64,000 nt of DNA. Origin: Leucoraja ocellata. Taxonomy: Eukaryota. The notes beneath the pieces are model-generated. The model was not told the DNA's origin. It saw only the letters and a program-made list of their open reading frames with translations, and did not search any database. Location of the stretch: the NCBI GenBank assembly GCA_036785375.1, contig JAWMAR010000049.1, positions 10,292,001 through 10,356,000 on the forward strand. The letters are read 5' to 3'. Below, one piece after another: positions 38,501 to 52,299 of this stretch (the first letter of the stretch is position 1; every line of letters starts with the position of its first letter). Made by a program: the position numbers and the translations under genes.

Positions 38501-39532
38501 GTGTGGGTGCAGGTCACTTCCTTCGGGATCTGTTGCAATGATCACCTGGTGGATCATTGATCTCTTGTTTGACCTCCAGTAACAACTATATTTCTTTACA
38601 CTAATAATGATTCCAATTGGTGAAGATTTTCATCTCGGTTCCTACAGATTTAATTTTTCCCGTCTCATTCATGTCAATGACAGACACTCTCACCCAGTTT
38701 CTAGAAGTCATATTTTTTGACTGCTTGGAAAAAGGCTGTAATGAGATAAAACCAGATGAATGGTGACAAATGTCATGTGAAGGCGCCTATGATGATTAAT
38801 TTCAGCACTATGATGTTTGGTTTGACAGGATGATAATTGCCCACATTGGATTCATCCTGCTTTGATGGACAGGCCACACTGGGCAATTTTTCACTTTATC
38901 AAGTAAATTTGAGTGTTCCAGCTTGATTTGTGCCTGGTTCAAGGCCACAAGCCTTCAGCACTACGATGATGTAGGTCCGATGGCTTTTGCCAGGTAGAGA
39001 GCACGCAGCATTTTGTTAATGTCATGTGAGGTGAATGATATGGATTCACACTGTAGTGTAGGTTTAAGAAGGATCATTTACTTGGCACATTGGCCTGGTT
39101 TCAAATGCTTCCGTCTGATCTTGTGCAAAAACAACTGGACTTCAATGTCAGGGAGGACAGGGATGTTTTGCAGACTTAGTTGTTTAATGTTCCACTACTC
39201 TTTATCACCACATGACAGTGGATGGACCATTTTGACTTAATATGCTGGTCATGGGATCACTTACCTCTGTCTGCAAAACGCAGCTTCAACATGTCGACAT
39301 CTTGTCTGCTTGATACTCACTCAGCATACTCTCCTACATTTCTATTTGAACTAGAGATTTGTCCCCAGTCTAAATTGTAATGGCAGGATGAGATGGAAAT
39401 TGGAGAGGACATTTAGTACTGTTGCAGATGGCTACTAGTGCCTAACCCACCCAACTGATAATTGGGGAGCCATTTGATCTTAGGCCAGACTACTAAGCAT
39501 GTTAGGCAAGGTGGAGACTGCCTTCAATGTGA

Positions 39533-40140
39533 AGTGTGTAGAAAGGAACTGCAGATGCTGGTTTAAACCAAAGATAGACACAAAAAGCTGGAGCAACTCA
39601 GTGGGATAGATAGCATCTCTGGAGAGAAGGAATGGGTGACTTTTCGGGTCGAGACCCTTCTTCAGACTGGTTAGGGATAAGGGAAACAAGAGATATAGAT
39701 GATGATGTGGAGAGATAAAGAACAATGAATAAAATATATGCAAAAAACTAACAATGATAAAGGAAACTGGCCATTGTTAGCTGTTTGTTGGGTGAAAACG
39801 AGAAGCTGGTGTGACTTGGGTGGGGGAGGGATAGAGAGAGAGGGAATGCTGGGAATACCTGAAGTGAGAGAAATCAATATTCATACCATAAGCTGCCCAA
39901 GCGAAATATGAGATGCTGTTCCTCCAATTTGCTTTGGCTGTACGTTCAGAGGGGGTGAGGTTAGAGTAGGTAACGGGAGTGGAGAAATTGAGATGTTTGA
40001 TTTAACGGCGGCAGTTAGAAATAAAGAGGTCTAGAGAGGGTAGAAGGCCATTCTGGGGAGTCCAAGAGGAGGGGGACTGGTTGAGACGGGAGAAGGCGTC
40101 ATCACTGGGTGCTGAAGACTCCTTACCATAGAAAAAGGCT
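39533..40140 (-). mobile_element. Internally deleted Penelope-like retroelement
   Basis: Minus strand translates AFFYGKESSAPSDDAFSRLNQSPSSWTPQNGLLPSLDLFISNCRR*IKHLNFSTPVTYSNLTPSERTA, then KLEEQHLIFRLGSL/GMNIDFSHFR (typical PLE GIY-YIG C-terminus), then the same terminal repeat as the foldback family. Confidence 0.8.
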
Positions 40141-41759
40141 ATTGAAGACAGACTTCAAAAGAACTGTGTGGTCAATCCTACCAATGCTCACAGGCCAGTG
40201 TATCTGCGGCTGATATATTAGTGACAAAATGTTTGTGAGACTTGGTGGAGGCTAGGTTGAACTTTGAGGGCTCCTGGATCCGGCCTTAACTGTGTCCTCA
40301 TAATGGCGATTCAGCCTCGTAGCTGGGCTGGAGTTACCCACGAACCAAATGCAGGAGCCTGGAACTTTTGCTGAATGGAATGATTCTGCACATCTGACCA
40401 TGGCAGGCTGTCGTTCCACCAGTTTGTGGGATAGCTTTTTTGATTTAGATAAGATGCCCAAATGTTTCTGGGAGTTTCCATGGGTTGAGTTTGCCTTAGT
40501 GCCCAAAATCAGTGTCGCGGCTGATGACGAGTGGTACAATCTGTTTTTTTCCCCTGATATTTGTGACCATGAGATTTAAACAGCGGAGTAGTTTGCTGGC
40601 CCATTTTCAGAGGGCTGTCACATTACTGGAATCACATTTAGGTCATAGCAGTTGCGGATAGATATATTTTCCTACAAATACGTTAGTGAATCATAAGTTT
40701 AAAAAAAAATTACAAACCAATAGCTGCTTTGACACTATTAATGATATGAACTTTTTAAATCCAGGTTACAGGATTGTATTTTTCAAGATTTCATCCAGGC
40801 TTGGAGCAGTGCGGGCAGTTTAGGTGCCTGAAATGCAGCTTAGATTCATTCCTGGGGTGACTTGATTATCCTACAAGGGATTAACATTGGCCTGTACTAA
40901 TTGGAGTTTAGAAGAATAAGAGATATGTCATGGAACCGGGATTGCTGCAGGATTCTGGCAGGATGAATGTTGAGAGGCTCCCTCTTGTTGGAGATTTCAG
41001 TGTTGACACATGAGAAGGGATTGACAATTGGTGTTGATAAGCAGTGGCTTTGAGATTCTTGCCCAGAGAGCTGTAATTGCTCTTTGAGATCAAAAGATTT
41101 GCCCACACCAAGGGATCAAGAGGATATGGAGATTGAACTGAAAACCGGACAACAAAAGGTCAGTCATGATCGTATCGAGTGACAGAACAGGCTCAGATCT
41201 CCAAGTGGGTTATTTCAACTACATATTTGGGTTCTGGGTTACTGGACTATTAACATAAACCCCATGCCTCCATTTATCTTTGTACTCTCCCTACATCTCT
41301 TAACGCTCCAGGCTGGCAAGGTCAAATATGCATGTGTTTAATTTACAGTAGTCCAATGTCCATGGAGTGAATTTACCAGAGGTATAATATTATATGTAGA
41401 AAAATGAATGAAGCTAATACTCGCTCAATTTACTCGCATGGGACCAAGTAAAATAATAAATAAAATGAATCAAATTAAAGCCAAAATGTAAAAAAAATGT
41501 TTCAGTCCCATCAGCCCTAAACACTAACTCGCATTGAGTCTATTCACTGTTTATTACTGGCCTGTTGGACTTGAGTGGTTTTTGCTGATTTCACTTTGAA
41601 GCAACCTTGTGGCTGGAGAATATCAGATTCATTACTGAGTCTGGAAATAGACTCAAATGATTGAACGCGGCTTTGAAAACTTCTCACACAAAAAAAAATG
41701 CTTGCTTTCAAAGCCGAGTGGGAGAAAGTATGGATTATTTACAGTAATGATTTTGACTG

Positions 41760-42460
41760 AGTGCTAAACACCTGTGCGGGCAAATTGGCTGGAGAATTCA
41801 AGGTCATCCTCAGCCTATTGCCTCTGCCTTCCGAGGTTCCCACCTGCTTCAAAAGGGCGTCTATCAAATCGTTGCCGAACAAGAGCATGGTGTCCTGCCT
41901 CGTTGACTACTGTCCGGTAGGAATTACATCCACCATAATGAAGAGGTTGGTTACAGCGCAAATTAACTCTTGCCTAAGACACCACAAGTCAACAGCAGAT
42001 GCTATTTCACTGTCTCTCTACGATGCTCTGGACCATCATGAAAACTGAAACACAATCGTTGGGTTGTTGTTCAGTGACCAGTTTGGAGTTCAACATCAAC
42101 ATCATTCCCTCCAAATACATCATTAAGCTCCAAGACCTAAGTTTCTGTACCTCCTTTGCAACTGGATCCGTGACTTCCTCATTGGCAAACCTCAATCAGT
42201 GCAGATCAGTAACAACATCTCCTACTCACTAACCATCAATACAGATGCACCTCAAGGCTGCTTGCTTAGTCCCCTGTTCTACTCTCTTTCTTGGCTAAGA
42301 ACTGCAGCCAAAGCCATCTATAAATTCACTGATGACACCACTGTTGATGGCCGTATCACAGGTGGAGATAAGTTAACATAAAGGAGAACCACAAAACACC
42401 TGATTAAACAAGAACCTCTTGCTCAATACCAACAAAACCAAGGAACTGATCATTGACTCA
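41760..42460 (+). mobile_element. Rex1/Babar-type LINE RT fragment (pseudogenised)
   Basis: VPTCFKRASI..CLVDYCPVGITSTIMK, STADAISL and TDAPQGCLLSPLFYSL..KFTDDTTV. Confidence 0.85.
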
Positions 42461-42487
42461 TTAAATGGCCAACCACTTTGTCACAAC

Positions 42488-42655
42488 TTAGTTTAGTTTA
42501 GTTTGGAGATAGAGCATGGAGCACCCAGGGAAAACCCACACAGGTCACAGGGAGAACTTTCAAACTCCTTAGAGACAGCATCCGTAGTCAGGACCGAACC
42601 CGGATCTCTGGCGCAGTAAGGCAGCAACTTCACCGCTGCACCTTTGTGCTGGCCG
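42488..42655 (-). mobile_element. Internally deleted V-SINE
   Basis: Head and tail of the same SINE family. Confidence 0.7.
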
Positions 42656-42869
42656 TGTGAGATGGTTAAATGGTAGAATTCCTTGCTTTAGCCCAGCATG
42701 CTGCTTTTTCTCCCCTTTGTTCATCACTTATTATCTTTTTATTTTGCAAAACATTCCACAACGCAATGATTTTGCTGGAAAGAAATGGAATGAATTTCAG
42801 CCTGCTCAGTAGAAATAGTATCAGAGTTACAGAGAGCTACAGAGAAAACACACCACATACTGTACTTAC

Positions 42870-42943
42870 CCCTGATGTGAAGATAGCAGGATTCCCACTC
42901 TCCAGCATGTCTTCCAGCTCCTCATTTGTGGTCGTTCTTCCAG
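42870..42943 (-). CDS. STX1A: STX1A exon 7 (linker / start of H3)
   Basis: attctag|CT GGA AGA ACG ACC ACA AAT GAG...TCA GGG|gtaagt; 74 nt, phase 1 to 0; encodes (T)[24 protein letters not shown]. Confidence 0.96.
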
Positions 42944-43954
42944 CTAGAATAAATAAATTAAAAAAAACAACCTTAAGTTATGTTTATAGGATGAAATAGT
43001 ATGTTTACTATTCAACACTAGCACATAAATATCATAAGTTCACAATGTTTGCATGTTCAGTACATTATGCAATCTCTTACACTGCTGAAAACCAGCTACA
43101 AGTGTTGGTCAAAATGGCTTTATCAAAATGTACTTATGATAATTGCTCATTTCTGAGCTTCCCCCCAGTCTAGTTTCAGTAAAAGTACTGATTCAAGCAC
43201 TTGAAATGACTAAAGTTTATTTTACCAAAAGCGCGTCACAGATCAAACACTGTTCCTATCCCCACCGCAGGTTCAATCCTTGCTTCTGTCTGTTCAGGTC
43301 CTCTAGGCCTCACGCAGACAGTGTAGTGGCCAATTGACTTGTTTTGCATGTCATTGATGGCATGTGCCTTTAAATTTTAGACTGCCCATTATAGTGTGGG
43401 TGGGATTTATGACATGTTTTTGGGCGTGCTTGGAGCTAAGATGCTTGCGCAGAAGTTGATGAAGTCAACTGTTGAAACATTCACCCTGATTTACAGAGCT
43501 TTCAGACAAGGCTTAACACATCATCCAATAAACATCCAGCAGAGTCAGATTCTGCAACATTATATACAACCTATTTACAAAATGTAATCTAGTTTGTAAC
43601 CACCCAATCCATTCTGTGCATTTGGTATGACAAGGCTTGCAGGTTCACTGCCCTTTTGCATATGAATTATATCTAAGCTCCAGACTCTCTGGCACCTGTC
43701 CCATCTCTGCAGAGAGCTTTCCCAATTTGACCAAATCTCCCAGGAAGCCCCGAAACTTAACCCCATTTTGAAGACCTGACTGGTCCAATTTAGCCAGGAT
43801 TAACACTTATTCATCCGGATGGCATGAGCATCATAAGAAAAATTCCTAATTGCCCATGAACTGAGCTGTCTGTTATTTCAGTGAGCAGTTGAGACTCAAG
43901 CATATTGTTGTGTTTGGGGTGACAGATAGGGAAGACCATTTAAGGATTACTGAA

Positions 43955-44168
43955 TGTAGAAACAAGAAATTCAGATACTGGTTAACACAAAAGGACACAA
44001 AGTGCTGGAATAATTCAGCGGGTCAGGCAGCATCTCTGGTGTACATGGATAGGTGACGTTTCAGGTTTTTTAGACTGAGTCTGAAAAAGGGTCCCGAACC
44101 GAAATGTCACCTATCCATGTTCTCCAGAGATGCTGCCTAACCCACTAAATTACTCCGGCACTTTGTCC
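43955..44168. mobile_element. Penelope-derived foldback element
   Basis: Inverted arms around TTTTAGACTGAGTCTGAAAA; degenerate HHR-like core. Confidence 0.75.
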
Positions 44169-45719
44169 CCTAATGTCTGAATATTTCTCTGAAGAACAAT
44201 GAATATGTTTTTTAAGACGATCTAAGAATTTCTTTATCTTCATTACTGATAATAGCTATTTATTGTATATTTATTTGCATGTCTGAATTTGAATTCTTCA
44301 AACCCCATGGAGGATTTAAACATGAAATTTGGATCAGTAAGGAAGCTGCCTGATTAGATTGTGTACTGGTGATGGTTGTTTGGTGTGTATTTTACAGCTT
44401 CCGTTAGAGGATAAAGTTATTAGAGTCGTTTGAGAGCCAGCAGGGAGGTGGGTGCGTGGTTTTAATCTCTTCCATGATTAGATTCACAAAAGTGGAGCTT
44501 GTTGTTCACCTCCATATGAGTTTTATCAAACTAATATATTTGAGCTTTAAAAATGAATACAAATTGTATTTAAATGATTATTAGAGGAGTTCATAGGAGA
44601 GTTATGTTCTTAGGAGACTTATGATTCTCCAATAACACACATCTTCTATGTAAATAATGAACAATTGGTTCTGAAGTGTCTCACTCCCCCAGGTAGTAAA
44701 TTCTTAGAATATTTTAAAAAGTAATATATATGGATCAAAAGTACTCTTTTTCTCCTCTATCTTAATCACTCTATTTCTCTTTCATCCTAAATCTCATTTA
44801 TGAAACACACTTGGTCTTTGTATACAGTCCCAGAGGTCCCAATGCTCCATTATCAGTCTGCACTTCGAGCAAGTTAAGAACGTAAGAATATTGATAACAT
44901 AAGTGGAAAGAGAACATTGATCCTGTTCCATCATTAAAAACGGCAAGACAGATCTCATCTTTGGTTTATCCCTTTCTGATCTTCATATCTGTTGTTATCC
45001 AACAGTCCAAAAATCGAATCAGAAATACTTTGGGTAGATAAAATAACTCAGACACCTCTTGGAAAAATATTTCCAGAGGTTGGCAACCTTAGAGCCATTG
45101 AGAGCTACGGCACAGAAAAAGGTCCTTCCGCCAACTGAGTCCATGACAACCATCAACTACCCACTTACACTAATCCCACATTAATCCCATTCTCCACACA
45201 TTCCAACACTCACTTGCACATTAGAGGAAAATTCACTGTGGCCAATTAATCTCCCAACCAGCACATCTCTGGAATGTGGGAGGAAACCTTCCAAGAAGAT
45301 TCTTCCTTGCGTTGGTACAAACCGTTTCTGAGCAGTAGGGCAAGGAAACCGACCTGTTACACAGGGCCTGCTGCAGGAGGCTCCACCCCAGCAAATATTG
45401 GGCCACAGTTAAATGCACAGCTCTGCATGAAAAGCAGGCGGTGCACAAAGCAATGTTATTCTGAGTCACAGCACCACAGCCACGTCCTTAGTGTGGTAGC
45501 TGGTGATCAGATAGGTCAAGAGTCAAGTGTGTTTAAATGTCATATGTACTGACAACGGAACAATTAAACCCTTACATGAAGCAGCTTAGCAGGCCTGTAA
45601 AATAATATATAATAACCAACAAATTCAATAAATTAATAATCTTAATATTACATAACCATAACAGTGCCAAAGCCGAACTCTGTAGTGCAATCAAAGACAC
45701 AGTCCATAGAAGGTCATGG

Positions 45720-45972
45720 CTTAGAAACAAGGAAGTGCAGAAGCTGGTTTATACATGAAGAGATACAGTGCTGGAGTAAGTCAGCAGGTCAGGTGGCATC
45801 CCTGGAGAACATGGATAGATGACGATGTGGGTCGAGTCCTTCTTCACCATTCTTCTCCCTCCCCCACCCCGTACAATCAGCCTGAGGAAGGGGCTCGACC
45901 TGAAACATTACATATACATGTGCTCCAGGGATACTGCCTGATCTGCTGAGTCACTGCAGTACTATGTGTCCT
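45720..45972. mobile_element. Older Penelope-derived foldback element
   Basis: Diverged inverted arms of the same family. Confidence 0.65.
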
Positions 45973-48807
45973 GAAGGTCACAGTTGCTGAGATTAATATT
46001 GCGTAGTGTTCAAGAGCCTGATGGTTGTCGGGAAGAAGCTATTCTTGAACCTGGTGGTCATGGTTATCGAGCTCCTGTATCTTCTTCCCAAAGGTAGAAG
46101 CTAAATGAGAGCATGGCGTGGGTCTTTGATGATAATGACTGCCTTTTTGAGACAGCTTCCACCATTCTTTATAATCTTAATTCCTAGCCATTCGAGTTGC
46201 CGAACCAGGCCGTGATGCTACAGTGGCAAGTCTAGTCTCTGATGGTAGGGTGTCAACATATTTTCTATCTATGGTCTGGTCATCTTCAGTGCTGATTCAA
46301 TCATGCAGCGAGGGCATTATACTGCTTGGCCTACAGTAAAATTTGAATGCACAGTTAGAGTCCGCAGAGCAGTTCATTCACCAATTTTCAGAAATCCATT
46401 ATTGGATTGAAAAGGCTGTTCGCTTGGAATGATAATTTATTTCACAAATTGAATACTCTCCTGGTGACCAAACTAACATTGGCTTTCTAATTACTAATTT
46501 AAGCTTGCTCTATTTTGAGTTAGTGTTGAAAATTCTATTTATAAAGATGTGAAAGCTATAATTATGCTATTTCAAACCTCTCACCCATGGAAATCAATGG
46601 CTTTAGCCTTTCCACATCACCTGGAATTCTTGGCAATTTATGTTTTGCCCTTTCTCCAGGGAAATGCAACAGTTGCTGCATGTAATCAGGTTACCTGGCG
46701 CCCTTTGCTGACAATGAAGTTTAATGAATCAAAAACATCGATCCAGTATAACTTCTGGTCTCTGCCAAATGTGCGCCTATTGACACACATTGTGGAACAC
46801 AGATGCTCTCCCCCACCAATCCAGTTCCTTTCCCTCATCAACTAAACTGGGATTGCTGGATTGAATATGAAGTGGAAAAGATTTTATTATTTGGATAGGG
46901 GATCTGCCATATTGATTGAAACAAAATATAACAGAAGTATAAGTTTCAAATCATAATTAACGAGCAAAACATTTGTGATTGGCAGTTATGAAATGAATAT
47001 GAAGCATGAAAGTTGCCCTTTTGAAAGTCGGGCGCTGAAGAGAAAACTAATGCAGATTTATATTCTCACTCCCAATAGCATCAACCATTGTGTTCCAGTA
47101 TTAAAGTGGCAGTATACCAATACTAAAATGATGGTGTATGATTTTACAAAATAGGATTTCCAGTCAGAGAGCAAGGCGTGCCAACAAATTATTTGTATAA
47201 AATTAGACCTGATCTTTGTTTGAGCTCCTGGCAGGCGTACAGAATAATAACTCCTGTCCAGCAGCGGTAAAAAGCATTTATCTTTGTTGTGCATGACACG
47301 GCAAACAGACTATTGTGGCCAAAATAGTCCTTAGCAACCTCAGCACAGACATGGTGGGTCAAAGGGCCTTTTCCTCTGCTGAACTGTTCTAATCTTTAAC
47401 AATACACAGACACAGACTTTGATCATGAATTCACGTAAACATATGCACACAAACACCAATTCACATGCACCGACTGATTCACACATTGGACCCGCAGTGG
47501 GAATACCATAAAATAAAAGCCAAACGACTCTGTTGAAGTAAATAATAACACGAAAGATAGGTTTTGTCCAAGTTTCAGATTTCTTGCAGAAGCTTAACTT
47601 ATATTTTCATACAACAGAAAAAACGAATCCCCAAGCAACCACACCCATCCCAATCCCTATTAATTTCCCTGCTACTAATTTCCTCTCCCACATACCCATG
47701 GATTCTCCATCCACCTACTTGAGTGTTAGTTTACCGAAGCCAATTAACGTACCAACCAGCATTGTTTTTGGTGGTGGAAGGAAAGGACTCAAGGGAAACT
47801 CATAGTCAGATAAACTCCATACAGATGGCCTCAACATTTGGGACCACAAGAGCAACATGGCAGCAGGTCTACCCACTGCATCACTGTGGCATATTTAATA
47901 TTAACTGTAAATGTATTGACATTAGGCAACTAGTCAAACCCCACCTCTCCAGCTGGAGAGCTTACTTTATCTGGTTTTGTGTAAAATTATTTGTTTCAAA
48001 TCATTTCAGCTCCAATACAAATCATGTTAAACAGCAGGAAGCGCACTTATTAAAAAAATTCCTCTTCACCTCTCTTCGGGATTGGTGAAACACAAACCAT
48101 CGCTGCACATATTAAACCTGAGACATTTGCCCCAAATAAATTCCCCCTGCTTCAGTTCTAGACTATAGAGCTGGTGCTCTCAGGCTACTTCAGAAACCAA
48201 TTACAATGTTGGAGGTTTATTTATTTTTTCTCGAAGCACGGTAATAACATTATGGCAGTCATGCAGCATAAACCAAATAGCTTAACGTTTGAGAACTGAA
48301 TCCACAGGGTGTTCGAATAATATCTCTCCACACTTGAACTCTTCTACTCATCTAAATACCTACCGGGCAAGTGGGTCTGGATGGAACTTCCCGTCGTTTC
48401 TTCCGAAATCTTAGTCTTGTTTAATTTACTGTCATCACGCAAATCCTTTATTTCAATACCCTTCTCCACGTCTGTCTTCATTTTCTTATTGAGTTGCCAC
48501 TTGCTAAGTGAAGTAAAGAACCAGGAAGATGACATTTCCAGTGGTATTTGAAGGGAGAACTACTGGTGGGATAAGTATACCCTTAAAGTGTGTTCTGTAT
48601 CTCTGCCGAGGATCTGGATGTTTTTTTTTTTTTAAACCACACCCTCTAACGTGAGAAATGACAATAGGGCAAGGGCAGGTCAGATTACAATATGCAGATC
48701 AAGTGGAAAAATACTGGAAATATGCTGGGGTTAAAAAATACCCCAAGGAAACACAAGAACAATCATGCCCTTGACAATCCATTATAAGAAAGGGGGAATC
48801 CAGAGAC

Positions 48808-49105
48808 CGGTGGCATGGTGGCGCAGCAATAGAGTTGCTGCCTTACTGCACTTGCAGCACCGGACACCTGGGTTCGATCCCGACTACAGGCACTGTCTGC
48901 ATGGAGTTTGAATGATCTCCCCATGACCGCGTGGCTTTTCTCCCACACTCTAAAGATGTACAGGCATGTAGGTAAATTGGCTTGGTATAAGTGCAAAATT
49001 ATTCCTATGTGCGTAGGGTAGTGTTAATGTGTGGGGACCGTTGGTTGGTGCAGACTCGGTGGGCCGAAGGGCCTGTTTACGTGCTGTATCTATAAATTAA
49101 ACTAA
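48808..49105 (+). mobile_element. V-SINE, full length
   Basis: GGTGGCATGGTGGCGCAGC...GGGTTCGATCCCG, V-domain, and GGGCCGAAGGGCCTGTT tail. Confidence 0.85.
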
Positions 49106-50696
49106 AGACTGAACGGAACCAAGTAGAATTATAGAGTGAACCATAATGGTCCGTGCTGCCACGTGGGTCCATTGTACCTGTGGTGGATTTCTTTCAGCCT
49201 GTCACAGTACCAGTTAAACCAACAGGTTTATCTAGAAATCGACAAGCTCTGGGGACTTAAGCAGACATTAAGATAAAAACAAATTATTAATCACCTCACC
49301 CAAAATTTCCCATTCAAATACTCTCATGGACTTGCAAGAAAATACAGCCGGAGGTCACATTTGTGCAGAGGAATTGGAACAAGATCAAAAATAATTAAAC
49401 TGTTGTCACTTCAGACAGCTTGGTCTGGGCAGAGGAGCAATCTGCTCTGTCTCATTTTACCCGACTGAAGTTTGCTGATGCTTGGTTTTGCTTCTTATTA
49501 CTGCACGGCTCCAAGAGGGAAACAAGTTAAAGTTATCACCCAAATGGATTAGTTCCCAGTGCATCTCAGACTTTGGCACGCTGATGTTAGGTGTTGTGGG
49601 CAGTGCAAGCTGGCGGCACAAAATCGCCACTGACCTGGTCGCTGAAGCCCAGTTGTGGTCCTGCCAGGATCACTCAGCTCCAGTCCAAACATGGACCAAA
49701 GAGCTGAATTCCAGAAGGAATTGAGTGCGACTCCAAAGGAACTTTTGACTGAACGTGGTATCAAATGTGGAAATTAATGCACATCGTAGGGAAAATACAT
49801 AGATGGCTGGAATTCATACATCATGCAAAGGCTGTGGTTTCAAGCTCAATCGTCTCAGCTTCAGAGCATTATTCCAGGTAGTCACAAATGCAAATTCTTG
49901 CTGATGACTGCATAAATGTGGGAAATATGGGAAAGATGTGATTAAGCTGGAGAGGATGCATGGAAGATTCAAGCCTAGATTGGAGGGCTTGAGTTAGTGC
50001 TGAGTGATGCTCTATCTGGAGCTTTTCAGCGTATTACATCCAGATCCAGATCCAGTTGTAAACAACGATTGGATAAGCTGTGCCTATTCTCCCTGGAGCA
50101 TAGGTGGCTGAGATATTTAAAATTATAAGAGGCATGTAGACAGGGTAGTCGGCCAGTGGCTACTTCCCATGACAAGGGTGTCTAAAACTAGGTTGGATTT
50201 AGAAAAAATTCAGAACACAGGCTCGAATCAGCTCTGGCTGAGTATCTGTGCAGTAGAAGATTTCTTGAAATATAGCACAGACAAATATGAAAATCCAGAG
50301 TGAGACAGGGGCACTTATTTCATCAGTCCCTTGGCATTCCGAAACAATAAAGGATTATTCCATATTTATTCTAAAATCAATTTAATGAGCAATGACCTAT
50401 CTAAAATAATGAAACTATTGTATTGGGACCTTGCTGTTTTGGCCGTGTGCAAATTAGTTGCCATATTTTACATGTAGCAAATAACTTATTTTGGCTTAAA
50501 CACTGTAAGCAAGTTGGAAAATCTTAAAATGATGAAAGTTGCTATATAAGTTAAGCTCTATTTTTGTTTGAGTAGGGGAACTGAATTGCAGGGAAAATAA
50601 TCTTTTGAATTATCCATTAAAACCTCTGTAGAGGCTCAGCCACTGGGTATATTCAAGAAAGAGGTTAACAAATGTTTGGTTATTAAGGGAAGGATT

Positions 50697-51101
50697 TCCC
50701 GAGGTGCTAAACGACCGCGGTTCACGCCCAAAAACTCATTGGTCGGCGGGACTTCGCCCGAAGGCTCGGCGGCTGGTGTGACCAGGAACGTGACCGAAGG
50801 CTCTTTGTAACCAGGAGGGAGCTGGAGACGTCGGGCACTAGGAGTGGGCCGGTAGGAGGTTAAACCGGGTATTACTTCCAGCGTCTTCAAGGTCAGCTGC
50901 AGGAGGTGCCCCAGGGACACAAAGATGGCCAGGCGAGGACAGGAGAAGGATGTCGGTTTGCGGGGACTTTTCCAGTACATCGAGTGCGTGGGCTGACCGG
51001 ATTGTGGATTTTGAATAACGGCGCCAAAAATGGCGGCGCCTGCAAGCGTAATAGATGCAAAACGAATTTCGCTGTGCAGTTGCATCTGAGACAAATAAAG
51101 C
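50697..51101 (+). mobile_element. GC-rich short retroposed element inserted in a CR1 remnant
   Basis: CR1 sequence on both sides (50625-50690 and 51108-51200); AGGATT duplicated at 50691-50696 and 51102-51107; GAATTTCGCTGTG..GACAAATAAAG tail. Confidence 0.5.
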
Positions 51102-52299
51102 AGGATTGGCGCAGAAAAGTGGTGCTGAGGTTAAAGTTCAGCCATGATCCACTGAAATGGCACAGCATGCACAAAATGCCGAATGGCCTACTGCTTTGTT
51201 TTATACTGTTATGTTTAACTGACACAACATTATCATAGATAATTCTAGCTTGCCATCCAACACACTCTGATTTAATCCAATGCAACTTGATTGGTGACAT
51301 TTTTGTTTGAGTTGTTCACATCCAATGTTCGTGAAGTCTCATAATGGAACCCTTTTATTTTTCAAATAGCCTCTGATAGATTCTTCTCTACATGAAAGCA
51401 ACGCTATCTGTTTATGAATATAATCAATTTCAAAGTTCACAAAAACTTTGCATCAAACTTAAAAATACAAAATACTGCAGACATCCTGCTTTGTATCATT
51501 CCCAAAAATTGTAAACAAGAGGGATTCTAGTGCAATCCCCGTGGAGCTTCACTGCAGGCATTTCTTCCTGAAGCAAAATGCTTCACACTGATCATCCTCC
51601 GCTGACTATGGTAACAAAGCCAATTCTGAATTAAATCAGACAACCTGTCTACTATGTCACGAGCCATAAGTTTCCTTACTAGTCTTGCATGAAGAGCTTT
51701 GTCAAATGTCTTTTGAAAACCCAAACAAACTACATCTATTAGATTTCACTAGCTGGCTAGTATAGTGGCTTCAACATAGATGCCAGCAGGCTTGTGAGGC
51801 ATCACCTATTGTTTCAAAACATGTTGACAGCTGCCTAAGAACCTATGCTGTTAAAAAATACATTTATTGCATGCTGCAGAAGTCCTTTGAGCAATTTTAC
51901 TACCACATTTATTTATTTTATTTAGCGAATGCAAAGTCCTTTAGCCAAGCAGTTGCCTCTTGATTTGCTGTATGAAGGGTGACAAGTCCTCCTTTGAGTC
52001 TTTGTTGACGGCATGCTTCAACAGCACTACCACAGATGTTGACTAACTGGCCTGTAATCACCATGTCCCCAAAATGGCAGTCACAATCCATGGGGATTTC
52101 TTGCATAGCTGAACTCTGCAAAAAATTAATTAAATCATCATTCATTTCCTCTTCCACGGAGGGTTGGAGGAGGAAATTTATGATGGAGTATTCGTCCGCG
52201 GAGGCGGTATGAGTTGGGCATAGAATAAGAAAGCTGCAAGCACTCGAAGAAAGTTGCAAGGACTCCCAATAGCAAACGGGAGGTAGAGGAACAAATCTG

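Larger units (their letters stand above)
18991..42943 (-). other. STX1A: Syntaxin-1A gene, 3' portion (exons 7-10 with alternative exons); 5' exons outside the window
   Basis: Exons have GT-AG boundaries, and exons 7-9 have the sizes and phases of vertebrate STX1A (74, 138, 111 nt). The spliced product is [146 protein letters not shown] and ASTVGG favour 1A over 1B. Confidence 0.88.
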
